Positions 47,401 to 57,894 of a DNA stretch of 64,000 bases are shown in pieces; the first letter of the stretch is position 1; each line of letters starts with the position of its first letter. The notes under the pieces were generated by a model that saw only the letters and a program-made list of their open reading frames with translations, had not been told where the DNA came from and ran no database searches. Made by a program: the position numbers and the translations under genes. The stretch is from Patescibacteria group bacterium. Its GTDB lineage: Bacteria; Patescibacteriota; Minisyncoccia; Moranbacterales; UBA2206. Where the stretch lies: assembly GCA_022711335.1 (NCBI GenBank), contig JAKLFF010000004.1, positions 10,592-74,591 of the forward strand, given 5' to 3'.

Positions 47401-48204
47401 ATGAACCAAAATCACATTCAAGCCATCCAGAATCTAGGTTTAAACGAAAAAGAAGCCATTGTTTATTTGGCTCTTTTGGAAACCGGGAAAGCTTCAGCCA
47501 ATAGCCTTTCTTTGAAAAGCGGCTTAAAAAGGCCAACAACCTATGTAATTCTGGAACAACTGATGAAAAAAGGCTTTGCTTTCAAAATTCCCCGAGCCAG
47601 AAAGCACGCTTTCCAAGCAGTCGAGATAGAAAAATGCGCCCTTTTGGCCAAAGAAAGATTGAATTATAGCTTGGAAATACTTCCGGAAATAAAAGCTATC
47701 CAAAAAGGCAAGGAAGAAAAAACCAGTATTTTCCACTTTGAAGGAACTGAGGGACTGAAAGAAGCGTATGATCGAATATTGAAAAATAAAAAAGATATTG
47801 AGTGTGCGGCTTTTTTCGCTCACCAGCGTAATGTCCCCGATGAAGTTAAAAATTATTGGGAAAAAATAGATAAATTATACGCGAAAAATAATATTAAAAG
47901 AAAAATTATCATTCCCGATGATTCTTCGGTTCGGGATTATATTGGCTCAGTAATCGGAAAACGAGATGACATCGCACTTAAAAAATTGCCGCTTGAACAA
48001 TTTGACAGCGATGTAGCTATTGAAATTTATGACAATATAACTCTCTTTGTTTCCCACAAACACATGCAGGCTTCAATGGTTGAGGACGCGGACATTGCCA
48101 AAACCATCACGCAAATTTTCAATCTAGTTTGGAAATCAGCAGAAGACAATGTAAAAAATCCTGATGAAAGCAACATGCTGTCTACGAATTTGACAAAGTT
48201 CTAA
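47401..48204 (+). CDS. TrmB-family HTH transcriptional regulator (copy 2)
   Basis: ...EKEAIVYLALLETGKASANSLSLKSGLKRPTTYVILEQLMKKGF... Confidence 0.65.
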   Translation: MNQNHIQAIQNLGLNEKEAIVYLALLETGKASANSLSLKSGLKRPTTYVILEQLMKKGFAFKIPRARKHAFQAVEIEKCALLAKERLNYSLEILPEIKAIQKGKEEKTSIFHFEGTEGLKEAYDRILKNKKDIECAAFFAHQRNVPDEVKNYWEKIDKLYAKNNIKRKIIIPDDSSVRDYIGSVIGKRDDIALKKLPLEQFDSDVAIEIYDNITLFVSHKHMQASMVEDADIAKTITQIFNLVWKSAEDNVKNPDESNMLSTNLTKF

Positions 48205-48375
48205 AAATCAAATACACTGATAAACACAATAATTATTAGGAAAATTGAATATCCGCCCGAGGCGGACAAGCGGGATGCTTTAATTCCGTTCTAATCATTA
48301 ATTTTCTTGATAATTTCCCTTACGCGGAAATTTTTTTGTTTTCATAATAATTAATTTTCATTATTATTTAACGCT

Positions 48376-49782
48376 ATGGACAACATTTTAGACCAATTAG
48401 CCAAAGAAGTGGACAAAATATCTGAAGAAGATATTTCAAAAGACGAAAAAACCAAACAAACTGAAAAAACTGAGAAAAAACCTGCCAAAAATGAAGCGGA
48501 TGATTCTCCTATGGGAAAACTGATGAGCAAAAAAACAGTTGCTTTCCCATGCGTTGGAGATGTTATAGAAGGAAGAGTAATTGACATCACTTCATCAGAA
48601 ATGTACCTGGATCTGGCACCTTTTGGAACCGGAATCGTTTTAGGAAAAGAAATTAAGGACGGCATGGGATCAGGAAAAGCAAAAATCGGAGACAAGGTTA
48701 CCGCCACTATCATGGACATGGAAGATGAAAACGGATATATCGAACTTTCTATCCGCGAAGCTTCACACGAAAAAGCCTGGGAAGATATTGAATCCAAGCG
48801 CGACACCCAGGAAAAAATCACTACCAAAATTATCAGCGCCAACAAAGGCGGTCTGCTTATTGAAGTCAACGGCATATCCGGATTTCTGCCTGTTTCCCAG
48901 CTTTCCAGCAAAAACTATCCGAGAGTGGAAGATGGGGATAAAAACAAGATATTAAGTATCCTAAAAAAAATGGTCGGACATGAACTGGAAGTTCGAATTT
49001 TAGACGCCGACAAAGAAACCCAAAAATTAATCGTCAGCGAAAAAGCCGCCCAGAGCGAAAAAGACAAGGAAATTATTTCCAACCTCCATGTCGGCGATAC
49101 AGTTTCCGGCGAAGTCAGCGGGGTAGTGGATTTTGGAGCATTCATAAAATTTTCAGCCAAAGAATCAGGAGAAAATGCCCAGGAAGAGGAAAAAATGGAA
49201 GGACTGGTCCATATTTCAGAACTAGCCTGGCAGCTTATCGAAGACCCGAGAACCATTATCAAGGTAGGCGACAGAGTACAGGCTAAAATAATTGGAATTG
49301 ATGCAGACAAGATTTCCCTTTCTATCCGAGCCCTTCAAAAAGATCCTTGGAGCGAAGTCAACAAAAAATACAATATCGGAGACGTGGTTTCCGGAACGGT
49401 CAATAAAATCAATCACTTTGGAGCCTTCGTTTATCTCGACAAAGACATTCATGGCCTGGCGCACATCAGTGAAATGTCCGAAATGTATCCTGGGAAAAAT
49501 ATCGATGAACTCATAAAAACTGGTGAGAAATATGATTGGAAAATTCTATCTATTGAGCCGAGAGAGCATAGAATGGGACTGGTATTGACTGATAAAAAAT
49601 CTAGATCCGCCTCCGAAGGAAAGGCTAAAAAAGAAAAGGAGCCTGCCAAAAAAACTGTTAAGGCTGAAAAGGATGGGAAGGAAGTTAAAAAAGAAAAGAA
49701 AGCAAAGGAAATAAAAGCAGACAAAAAGGAGAAAAAAGAAGCTCCCAAGAAAAAAACAGCTAAAAAAGAAACTAAAAACTAA
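48376..49782 (+). CDS. rpsA: 30S ribosomal protein S1 with K/E-rich N- and C-terminal extensions
   Basis: Four S1-domain repeats. Confidence 0.8.
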   Translation: MDNILDQLAKEVDKISEEDISKDEKTKQTEKTEKKPAKNEADDSPMGKLMSKKTVAFPCVGDVIEGRVIDITSSEMYLDLAPFGTGIVLGKEIKDGMGSGKAKIGDKVTATIMDMEDENGYIELSIREASHEKAWEDIESKRDTQEKITTKIISANKGGLLIEVNGISGFLPVSQLSSKNYPRVEDGDKNKILSILKKMVGHELEVRILDADKETQKLIVSEKAAQSEKDKEIISNLHVGDTVSGEVSGVVDFGAFIKFSAKESGENAQEEEKMEGLVHISELAWQLIEDPRTIIKVGDRVQAKIIGIDADKISLSIRALQKDPWSEVNKKYNIGDVVSGTVNKINHFGAFVYLDKDIHGLAHISEMSEMYPGKNIDELIKTGEKYDWKILSIEPREHRMGLVLTDKKSRSASEGKAKKEKEPAKKTVKAEKDGKEVKKEKKAKEIKADKKEKKEAPKKKTAKKETKN

Positions 49783-49791
49783 TTCGCTCCT

Positions 49792-50367
49792 ATGTCAAAA
49801 ATCTTTATCATCTCTGGACCTTCTGGCGCCGGCGAAGATTCGGTTATTTCGGGAATCAGCAAATCTTTTCCGATCGAAAGAATAGTTACCACAACAACAA
49901 GACCGATGCGCGCCGGAGAATCTCAAAAAAACCCTTATTATTTCGTATCTAAAGAAGAATTTGAAGCTAAGATCAGAAACGACGAGATGGCTGAATGGGC
50001 CAGGGAATACAACGACAATCTTTACGGAGTTACAAAAAAAGAGTTAGAGAGAGTTGGGGCATCAGAAAAAATCGGAATCTGGAAAATAGAATATAAAGGA
50101 GTTATTACCGCCAAAGAAAAATTTCCCGATATAAAATCTATTTATATCGCTCCGCCTTCTCTCAAAATCCTGAGGAAAAGAATATTAAAAAGAGATGCTA
50201 ATGTCAGCAAAGAGTATCTCAAAGAGAGAATGGAATATACAAAGGAGTGGATGAAGCACGAAGATATTTATGACTATAAGGTTGTAAATGAAGAAGGCAA
50301 GCTAGACAAAGCAGTGGAAAAAGTTGCTAAAATTATAGAAGCCAATTTCAATGCCCAATCTGATTAA
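49792..50367 (+). CDS. gmk: Guanylate kinase
   Basis: IFIISGPSGAGEDSVI...TTTRPMRAGE. Confidence 0.85.
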   Translation: MSKIFIISGPSGAGEDSVISGISKSFPIERIVTTTTRPMRAGESQKNPYYFVSKEEFEAKIRNDEMAEWAREYNDNLYGVTKKELERVGASEKIGIWKIEYKGVITAKEKFPDIKSIYIAPPSLKILRKRILKRDANVSKEYLKERMEYTKEWMKHEDIYDYKVVNEEGKLDKAVEKVAKIIEANFNAQSD

Positions 50368-51295
50368 AAAAGTCCAAAACACTATTTTCGAACATAATCT
50401 TTTTCCGCACGGTTCAAAAATAATTTTGGCTTGTTCTGGAGGGCCAGATTCATCTGCGCTTCTAGATATTCTTTCAAAGCTTCGAAAAAAATACGATCTA
50501 GAGCTAGTTATCGCTCATGTAAATTATAGTCTGCGTGAAAATGATAGCAAAAGAGACGAAAAATTTGTAACAAATCTATCTGAGAAATACGACTTAAAAC
50601 TATTTGCTCTAAATCCCAAGGTTGGAAAAATTTCAGAAGACAGCCTGCGTAAAATTCGCTATGATTTTTTTGAAAAAATCAGGCGAGAACTGAATTTCAA
50701 TTTCATCGCCGTCGGACACACGCTAGACGATCAGGTAGAAACATTTCTCATGAGAATCATCCGCGGTTCGGGACTCGCTGGACTTTCTGCAATCTCTTAC
50801 AAGAACAATGCTATTATCCGGCCGCTATTGAATATATCTAAAGCTGAAATTCTAAATTATCTTAAAAAAAATAAATTATCCTACCGAATCGACAGAACCA
50901 ATCTTGAATCTGATTATTTGAGAAATAAAATTAGAAACCAGCTAATCCCGATTCTTGAAAAAAATTATAATCCGAAAGTCAAAACTACCATTTTCAATTC
51001 AATTAAATCCATACAGGAAGATTTTGATTTTTTAGAAAAAATTTCCAATAAAGAATTTAAAAAAAATAAAAATTTGTCAGTCAAAAGCATCCTCTCTGTC
51101 CATCCGTCGCTCCAAAAACGGCTTCTCCTTCTGGCAATAGCAGAATCAAAAAACAGCCTCAAAAATATCAGCTCATCCCACATAAGAGAACTCTTGAAAA
51201 TTCTCAAAAGCACGAAAAGCAAAGGCCAGATTGTAGTATTTCAAGGTTTGAAAATCACCCGCAAAGGTGATAAGCTAACAATAGAAAAAATCTGA
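50351..51295 (+). CDS. tilS: tRNA(Ile)-lysidine synthetase
   Basis: PP-loop ILACSGGPDSSALL. Confidence 0.85.
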   Translation: MPNLIKKVQNTIFEHNLFPHGSKIILACSGGPDSSALLDILSKLRKKYDLELVIAHVNYSLRENDSKRDEKFVTNLSEKYDLKLFALNPKVGKISEDSLRKIRYDFFEKIRRELNFNFIAVGHTLDDQVETFLMRIIRGSGLAGLSAISYKNNAIIRPLLNISKAEILNYLKKNKLSYRIDRTNLESDYLRNKIRNQLIPILEKNYNPKVKTTIFNSIKSIQEDFDFLEKISNKEFKKNKNLSVKSILSVHPSLQKRLLLLAIAESKNSLKNISSSHIRELLKILKSTKSKGQIVVFQGLKITRKGDKLTIEKI

Positions 51296-51408
51296 CGCAT
51301 TATATAACATTCAACTGTTACAGTCTTATAAGAATTGCGAATTAAATTTCGTAAATTCGCCTGCTTGCCGGCAGGCAAGTATATTCGTATAAGATTCGTA
51401 GTCGCAAT

Positions 51409-53295
51409 ATGCGAAATTTACTCAAAAATATCGGGATTGTTCTCCTAGTTTTCATGTTTATTGCCGCCATATCCATACTTTACAGTTCTCCCCAAGCCAA
51501 GCCTCAGTCGGTCTCTTTAAGCACTCTTGTTTCGGAAATCAATGATGGAAAAGTAAAAGAGATATCTATCGACAGCGACAATCTTAAAATTACTCTCGCT
51601 GACGGAACAACTCAAAAATCTACCAAAGAAAAAGAAACGGGATTCACAGAATCGCTCAAAAACTATGGGGTGGACAACGAAAAGTTAACTCCTATAAACA
51701 TTGACATCAAAGGAGAATCATCCACTTCTTTTTGGCTTTCCAATCTTCTGCCGTTCATAATTCCTTTTATCCTGGTAGCTGCTTTTGTCTGGTTTATGTT
51801 CCGCCAAGCCCAGCGAGGAAATTCTCAGGCGCTTTCTTTCGGAATGAGCCGCGCCAGAATGACCGACCCCAAAGATAAAAAAGGGAGGATAACTTTTGCC
51901 AATGTCGCGGGAGCCAAAGAAGCTAAGGAAGAATTATATGAAATAGTTGAATTTCTAAAAAATCCTAAAAAATTCCTAAATCTCGGAGCCAAAATTCCCA
52001 AAGGCGTGCTTCTCCTTGGATCGCCCGGAACCGGAAAAACTTTGATTTCAAAAGCAGTGGCTGGAGAAGCCAATGTCCCGTTTTTTAATATTTCCGGATC
52101 AGAATTTGTGGAAATGTTTGTGGGAGTCGGAGCATCGCGCGTACGCGACCTTTTTAAACAAGCCAAAAGAAATGCACCTGCTATTGTTTTTATAGACGAA
52201 ATTGACGCTGTTGGACGACATCGCGGAGCCGGGCTTGGCGGAGGACACGACGAGCGCGAGCAAACATTAAACCAAATTCTTGTAGAAATGGACGGATTTG
52301 ACACCAGCACCAATGTGATTGTTATTGCTGCCACCAACCGCCCGGATGTTCTTGATCCGGCACTTCTTCGTCCCGGAAGATTTGACCGCCGGGTAGTTAT
52401 GGATCTTCCGGATATTGAGGAAAGGCTGGAAATTTTGAAAATTCACTCAAAAAATAAACCTATATTAAAGGGAGTGAATCTTCGAGTAATTGCTCAAAGA
52501 ACTTCAGGATTTTCCGGAGCCGATCTTGCTAATTTATTGAATGAAGCGGCTATTCTTGCTGCCAGACGCAGCAAAAAAACCATCGGGATGGAAGAGCTTG
52601 CCGAATCAATTGAAAAAGTAATCTTAGGGCCGGAACGAAAAAGCCGCCGAATTGATGAACAGGAGAAAAAAATAATTGCCTATCATGAAGCTGGACACGC
52701 GCTTGTCGGAGCTACTCTCAAAAATGCTGATCCGGTCCAAAAAGTTTCCATAATCTCGAGAGGACATGCCGGAGGATATACCTTGAGCGCTCCAGAAAAA
52801 GACAAGACTCTCCATAGCCGAAAATATTTTATCGACGAGCTATCTGTGCTTCTCGGGGGTTATGTGAGCGAAAAAATTACTTTTGGCGATATCACTACCG
52901 GCGCCTCCAATGATTTAGAAAGAGCAACGGCAATGGCCAGAAATCTAGTGACAAGATACGGGATGAGCGATTTGGGACCAAGAACCTTCGGACATAAAGA
53001 AGAGTTGATATTCCTGGGAAAAGATCTTCATGAAGAAAAAAATTACTCGGAAAAAACCGCCGAAGACATCGACAAACAAGTTTCCCAGTTTATTGAAAAT
53101 GCATATCAGGTAGCGAAAAGAATTCTCACCGACAAAAAAGAAACCTTGGACAAAATATCCTCTATCCTTCTTGAAAGGGAAACAATCGAGCAGGAAGAAT
53201 TCAATGCATTAGTGGGAATACCAACAAAAGATAAGGCTGAAGATGAAAAAGAAACCCAAGAAAAAACAGAAGTACGGGTAAATTTGAAAGGCTAA
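51409..53295 (+). CDS. ftsH: ATP-dependent zinc metalloprotease FtsH
   Basis: Two TM helices; AAA domain GSPGTGKTL; HEAGHAL zinc motif. Confidence 0.9.
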   Translation: MRNLLKNIGIVLLVFMFIAAISILYSSPQAKPQSVSLSTLVSEINDGKVKEISIDSDNLKITLADGTTQKSTKEKETGFTESLKNYGVDNEKLTPINIDIKGESSTSFWLSNLLPFIIPFILVAAFVWFMFRQAQRGNSQALSFGMSRARMTDPKDKKGRITFANVAGAKEAKEELYEIVEFLKNPKKFLNLGAKIPKGVLLLGSPGTGKTLISKAVAGEANVPFFNISGSEFVEMFVGVGASRVRDLFKQAKRNAPAIVFIDEIDAVGRHRGAGLGGGHDEREQTLNQILVEMDGFDTSTNVIVIAATNRPDVLDPALLRPGRFDRRVVMDLPDIEERLEILKIHSKNKPILKGVNLRVIAQRTSGFSGADLANLLNEAAILAARRSKKTIGMEELAESIEKVILGPERKSRRIDEQEKKIIAYHEAGHALVGATLKNADPVQKVSIISRGHAGGYTLSAPEKDKTLHSRKYFIDELSVLLGGYVSEKITFGDITTGASNDLERATAMARNLVTRYGMSDLGPRTFGHKEELIFLGKDLHEEKNYSEKTAEDIDKQVSQFIENAYQVAKRILTDKKETLDKISSILLERETIEQEEFNALVGIPTKDKAEDEKETQEKTEVRVNLKG

Positions 53296-53393
53296 ATTTA
53301 AAATTTGAAATGAATTTTAAATATTTAAATTTTAATTTAACATTTACCAATTTATCAATTTTTAAATTGATTGAAAATTGAAAATTTTCATCA
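53296..53393. repeat. AT-rich hairpin-forming short-unit repeat (AAATTT/AATTTTAAA units)
   Basis: Intergenic. Confidence 0.45.
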
Positions 53394-54374
53394 ATGCCTC
53401 CCATAAATTACATCGAAATATTAAAACGCGCCTGGAACATGACCTGGCACAATCGCCACTTGTGGTGGTTTGGTTTGCTTATTGCATTAGCCAGTCCCGG
53501 CAGCATGAACTTCAATTTGGGTTCAGGAGGAAATGAAAAAATTGACGACGCGAAAATTCAAAAAATATCTGATTTTATGGTTCAAAATATGCATTGGATT
53601 ATAGCGGGAGCAATAGTACTGATGGCGCTTCTTATCATTCTAGTGGTTATCGGCATAATCGCCCGAGCCGGACTTATCAAATCCATTGATTCTTTCTGCA
53701 AAAATAAACCGCTTGGATTTAAGATGGGAATGCGGGAAGGAAAAAGATATTTTGGAAAATTATTCTTGCTTGGAATATCTATTTTCTTTCTGGTGCTTTC
53801 TTCAATTATAGTTCTGGCCGTCCCGATAATTTTTCTTATCTTTACCAAAGCCTATGCGCTCGGAATATTTTTAGGAATACTGGCCTTTTTGATCCTTATT
53901 CCGGTTTTTATACTGGCCGTATTTTTGAAAGAATTTGGAAATTTATATATTGTCCTTGGCGACCTATCGGCGTGGAACTCCCTGGAAAAAGCCTATGAGC
54001 TTTTCCGAAAAAATTTGCTTGCTAGCATTGTTATGTGGCTTTTTTTCATCCCAATTGGATTTATCCTTATGCTGGCAATCATTGCAATTCTTATTCCCTT
54101 GGCCATAATTTTCATAGCGATTGGATTTGGATTGTATTTTGCCGCCGGAACACCGGGAGCTATTATTGCCGCAGCAGTCGGAGCGATTTGTTTTCTGGCC
54201 ATTGTTTTGGCTCTTCGTTCGGTCTATGAAACTTTCGCCCAAACGGCTTGGTACCTCTTTTTTCTGGAAATTGCCAAGCCGAAAATTGAAGAAAGGGTTC
54301 TGGAAGAAATTTTGGAGAAAAAGGAAGAACTGCCAACTCCAGAGCCGGTTAAGACAATAGGGATAGAGAAATAG
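53394..54374 (+). CDS. Hypothetical polytopic membrane protein
   Basis: 326 aa with at least 6 TM helices. Confidence 0.45.
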   Translation: MPPINYIEILKRAWNMTWHNRHLWWFGLLIALASPGSMNFNLGSGGNEKIDDAKIQKISDFMVQNMHWIIAGAIVLMALLIILVVIGIIARAGLIKSIDSFCKNKPLGFKMGMREGKRYFGKLFLLGISIFFLVLSSIIVLAVPIIFLIFTKAYALGIFLGILAFLILIPVFILAVFLKEFGNLYIVLGDLSAWNSLEKAYELFRKNLLASIVMWLFFIPIGFILMLAIIAILIPLAIIFIAIGFGLYFAAGTPGAIIAAAVGAICFLAIVLALRSVYETFAQTAWYLFFLEIAKPKIEERVLEEILEKKEELPTPEPVKTIGIEK

Positions 54375-54656
54375 ACATATCTTAGCAAATATGATATTTT
54401 AAACTTAGATAATTAATAAATATTAAAACATATGGGATTTGAAACACCAAAAGCACCAAAAAAACCCAAAAAACTTCAAAAAAAGATGACTTTTGGGAGA
54501 AAAAAGGAAGAGAAACACTCGCAGAATTAGAACGGCTTGCAGCACAAAAACCACCAATATCCCTAACAGAAGAAGAGGAAAAAAAAAGCAAGGAGTAGAA
54601 GTGAGTCAGATTATCAACTCGATAAAGACTTTGCCTTAATAAGAAATGGCGGGAGT

Positions 54657-55031
54657 TTGAAAATGCTAGGAAACCAGATCGAAAGAGCGAAGGAAGAAAT
54701 GCATGGCGAAATGAATAGTAAAGAGACAGGGCATTATTATAAAAATGAAAAAATAAATGGCATACATTTTATTGTACGCTGGGACGAGGGATATAGACAA
54801 TATACTGTGTATTTTCCGGATATTAAGACGTATCAGAGAATGGTAGACCGATATGGAATAACGGACCAAACCATAAGAATAAGCAATGATCCAAAAAAGG
54901 CTGAAAAAGTTTTTGATTATATTGAAAAAGAAGTAAAAAATGTTAGATATGCAGATCCTTATAGCTTATACAAAGAGGTTGATGAATTTATACAAAATTT
55001 GGACGATGAAAAAAATGAAGACGGGATATAG
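54657..55031 (+). CDS. Hypothetical protein (124 aa)
   Basis: TTG start; no motif recognised. Confidence 0.4.
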   Translation: MKMLGNQIERAKEEMHGEMNSKETGHYYKNEKINGIHFIVRWDEGYRQYTVYFPDIKTYQRMVDRYGITDQTIRISNDPKKAEKVFDYIEKEVKNVRYADPYSLYKEVDEFIQNLDDEKNEDGI

Positions 55032-55098
55032 TTAAACCAAATTCACATATACAGCCTGACATATTTATCATAAAACACTGCCCTAAGGTAGTATTTTT

Positions 55099-55173
55099 TG
55101 GTGGGACCAGCTGGATTCGAACCAGCGACCAAGCGGTTATGAGCCGCCTGCTCTACCACTGAGCTATGGTCCC
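55099..55173 (-). tRNA. tRNA-Met(CAT) (elongator or tRNA-Ile2)
   Basis: GGGACCATAGCTCAGTGGTAGAGC...; anticodon loop CUCAUAA; CCA encoded. Confidence 0.75.
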
Positions 55174-55443
55174 CAAATATTTTCTTAATTTTTTTCTTAA
55201 ATCCTCTCGACCTTTTGTTGTTTTATAATATTTTTCATTTCTTTCTGCGTCCTCTTTCTCAGAAAAACATTCATAATAAATCAGCTTGACCGGCAACCTC
55301 TTGCTAGTTGATTTAACCTTTCCTTCCTTGTGTTGATTATATCTTAATTTCAGATTACTCATAAAACCTATATAAAATTTGTTGTCTTTTAAACTTAGCA
55401 ATATGTAAACAAAAAACATACTTTTTACGATTATGCCCAGCAA
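55153..55443 (-). CDS. Small GIY-YIG (URI-domain, UPF0213/YhbQ-like) nuclease family protein (copy 2)
   Basis: FFVYILLSLKDNKFYIGFMSNLKLRYNQHKEG...; the last 7 codons (KYLGTIAQW, then TAG) are encoded by the 5' part of tRNA-Met; the real start is probably the internal Met (MFFVYIL). Confidence 0.65.
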   Translation of the reverse strand: MLGIIVKSMFFVYILLSLKDNKFYIGFMSNLKLRYNQHKEGKVKSTSKRLPVKLIYYECFSEKEDAERNEKYYKTTKGREDLRKKLRKYLGTIAQW

Positions 55444-55445
55444 AC

Positions 55446-55470
55446 TTGCTGGGCTACCGCTGAGCTATGG
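55446..55470 (-). other. Duplicated 5' fragment of tRNA-Met (acceptor and D-arm), followed by the hairpin CCCAGCAA...TTGCTGGG
   Basis: CGGGACCATAGCTCAGCGGTAG matches the first 21 nt of tRNA-Met with one substitution. Confidence 0.5.
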
Positions 55471-55475
55471 TCCCG

Positions 55476-55549
55476 TGGGCTCGTCCAGACTCGAACTGGA
55501 GACCTCGTCGATGTCAACGACGCACTCTAACCAACTGAGCTACGAGCCC
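55476..55549 (-). tRNA. tRNA-Val(GAC)
   Basis: GGGCTCGTAGCTCAGTTGGTTAGAG...; anticodon loop UUGACAU. Confidence 0.8.
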
Positions 55550-55591
55550 GGATAACATAATAATCTTATTTCAAAAAAAGAGTTTGGTCAA

Positions 55592-56620
55592 TTACTTCTT
55601 CCTTCTCCTCCCATGAAACGCCTGATGCACTTCTTTGAGCTGTTTATTAGTTATGTGGGTATACACCTGCGTGGTTGTGATTGAAGAATGGCCAAGCATG
55701 GCTTGCACACTTCTGATATCAGCCCCATTGATTAACAAGTCCGTCGCGAAAGAATGGCGAAGCGTGTGCGGATGGACGTTTTTTACAATTCCAGCTTTCA
55801 CCGCGTAGTATTTGACGATTCTTTGAATTGATCTCGGTGTTAGTCTTAAATTATCTGAATCTCTTTTCTTTTTTTCATCTTTGGCAGAAAATTTTTCCAA
55901 TCCTTTCACGTCCCTCACAAACAAGGCCGGATCAATGTCTGTTCTTTTGTCTAAATATTGCCGGATGGCCCTTTTGGCACTGTCAGAAATGAAAACCACC
56001 CGGATTTTTTCTCCTTTTCCTCGGACAGATAGCTCTCCGCTTCCAAGATCCAGCTTGTCGCGGTTAATTCCTACGAGTTCCGAAACCCGCAGCCCGGCAG
56101 AAAAGAGGAGTTCAAGAATTGCCTGATCGCGAAATGCTTTAAAACTCGCTCCAGAAGCAGCAGTAATAATCCTTTCCACTTCATCGGATTCTAAAAATTC
56201 CACCTCCCTTTCTGGGGTTTTGCCAATTTCTATTTTCTCTGCCTGAAGCGTCTTGATATCCCGCTTAGCCAAATACTTTAAAAAACTTCTGAGAGCAATG
56301 ATGTAATAGCTTTGCGTGGCTTTTTTTAGCCCTTTTTCATTTTTGTACTTATAGCGATTAAGAAATATCCGGTAGTTTCTAATCAAACCGTCTGTAATAT
56401 CAGAAGATTTATCGATTTTCGCCCAGCCCAAAAAATTGGAAAGATAGCGATCATAATTTTCAATCGTTTTTTGCGACCGTCCGCGCTCTATTTCCAAATA
56501 TTCTAAAAACTGAGTTTTTAATTCTCCTATGCCCATAAATTTTCTTTTGCAACACTCTAAATTATACTGTTTATAATCGTTTTTGACAAAAAGAGCAGTT
56601 TTGTGTATACTGGACACCAC
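55592..56620 (-). CDS. Tyrosine recombinase XerC/XerD-like
   Basis: ...HTLRHSFATDLLINGADIRSVQAMLGHSSITTTQVYTH...; the N-terminal 28 aa are probably not translated (start near MGIGELKTQFLEYLE). Confidence 0.8.
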   Translation of the reverse strand: MVSSIHKTALFVKNDYKQYNLECCKRKFMGIGELKTQFLEYLEIERGRSQKTIENYDRYLSNFLGWAKIDKSSDITDGLIRNYRIFLNRYKYKNEKGLKKATQSYYIIALRSFLKYLAKRDIKTLQAEKIEIGKTPEREVEFLESDEVERIITAASGASFKAFRDQAILELLFSAGLRVSELVGINRDKLDLGSGELSVRGKGEKIRVVFISDSAKRAIRQYLDKRTDIDPALFVRDVKGLEKFSAKDEKKKRDSDNLRLTPRSIQRIVKYYAVKAGIVKNVHPHTLRHSFATDLLINGADIRSVQAMLGHSSITTTQVYTHITNKQLKEVHQAFHGRRRKK

Positions 56621-56760
56621 GTAAGAATTAGGGTTTTGATTTATAAAAAATAAGGCTTTAGGGCCTTTTTCCAGTCAAAACCATAAGAAAGGCCAACCTC
56701 ATTAGCAAACTTACATCAACCATTTCGAGAAATTTTCTGGAACGAAAAAATGCTGTCGAT

Positions 56761-57891
56761 TTGCCGAAACGTATCCATATAGCCCAAAAAAGAATAATTC
56801 GATTTATAAAGGAACATAGAACTATTAAGATGCTGCATATTTTTAGAAATTATTCAGCTCTTATAGTGGTCATTTCAAGCACTCTTTTAGTTTCTGCCAC
56901 AAATTTTGCCGCCGGGCATGAGTCCAGTGGTTTTTTGTTTGGCTATTTCGGAACGGAAGAAAGTTATGAAAATCCTCTTGAGGGAAAAATGTTCCTAAAA
57001 ACCAACAATAAAACTAGCTTGGCAATGGCACCCCTGGCCGAATCCAGTTCCGCGCCCGATCCTGATTCTAAAAAAAATGAGGAGGAGGAGCTGCTCACTC
57101 AAGGGCAGGCCCTCATTGCTTCGAATTGCCCAGTCAAAAAGGATCCTGAAGAAGACGGAGGAGTTATTATTTATGAAGTCAAAGAAGGCGATACCGTGAG
57201 CACCATTGCCGCCAAGCACAAAATTACAACAAACACCATCCTTTGGGCTAATGAACTGGATAATGTAAACTCCATAATGCCAGGAGACAAAATATTCATT
57301 CTGCCGGTTTCCGGACTTTCCTATACTGTCAAAAAGGGAGACAAGATTGAAAATCTGGCCGAAAAATATAAAGCTGATAAAGACAAAATCATCGCTTTTA
57401 ACAATCTTCCTGCCAATGGCGAACTTTCCGAAGGAGAGGAAATTATGATACCCGGAGGAGAAAAAGAAATACCAAGAACCCAAAGCACGGTGCCAGCGAC
57501 TCCCGGAAGTTCGCTTGGTATAGCCGCCCGCCCGTACGAATCTTTTGGAACATCCGGAAAATCAACTCTCTCTGGAAAAGCTGGAGCTGGACATCGCTTC
57601 CCATATGGATACTGCACCTGGTATGTGGCTTCAAAAAGATATGTTCCCTGGGGAGGAAATGCCGGAACCTGGCTCTATCATGCCAAGGCAGCCGGATATG
57701 CCACTGGCAGAACTCCGAGGCCGGGAGCTATCATGGTCAGCTCTGAATCATGGTGGGGGCACGTGGCAATTGTAGAAAGCGTCAGCAGAGGAGAATTTAA
57801 GATTTCTGAGATGAACTACGCCGGCTGGGGAAAAAGATCGACTCGAACAATTTCAACTGGAAGCAGGGTAGTAAAAGGATTTATATATTAA
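56761..57891 (+). CDS. Secreted peptidoglycan hydrolase with 2x LysM and a C-terminal CHAP domain
   Basis: LysM (YEVKEGDTVSTIAAKH, YTVKKGDKIENLAEKY); CHAP (GYCTWYV...GHVAIVE). Confidence 0.7.
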   Translation: MPKRIHIAQKRIIRFIKEHRTIKMLHIFRNYSALIVVISSTLLVSATNFAAGHESSGFLFGYFGTEESYENPLEGKMFLKTNNKTSLAMAPLAESSSAPDPDSKKNEEEELLTQGQALIASNCPVKKDPEEDGGVIIYEVKEGDTVSTIAAKHKITTNTILWANELDNVNSIMPGDKIFILPVSGLSYTVKKGDKIENLAEKYKADKDKIIAFNNLPANGELSEGEEIMIPGGEKEIPRTQSTVPATPGSSLGIAARPYESFGTSGKSTLSGKAGAGHRFPYGYCTWYVASKRYVPWGGNAGTWLYHAKAAGYATGRTPRPGAIMVSSESWWGHVAIVESVSRGEFKISEMNYAGWGKRSTRTISTGSRVVKGFIY

Positions 57892-57894
57892 TTT

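Noticed and set aside
55592-56620. Prophage or integrative element anchored at tRNA-Val(GAC) by the tyrosine recombinase
   Set aside because: The recombinase has the XerC/XerD N-terminal core-binding signature, and the flanking genes are housekeeping (LysM-CHAP hydrolase, pcrA). There is no phage gene content.
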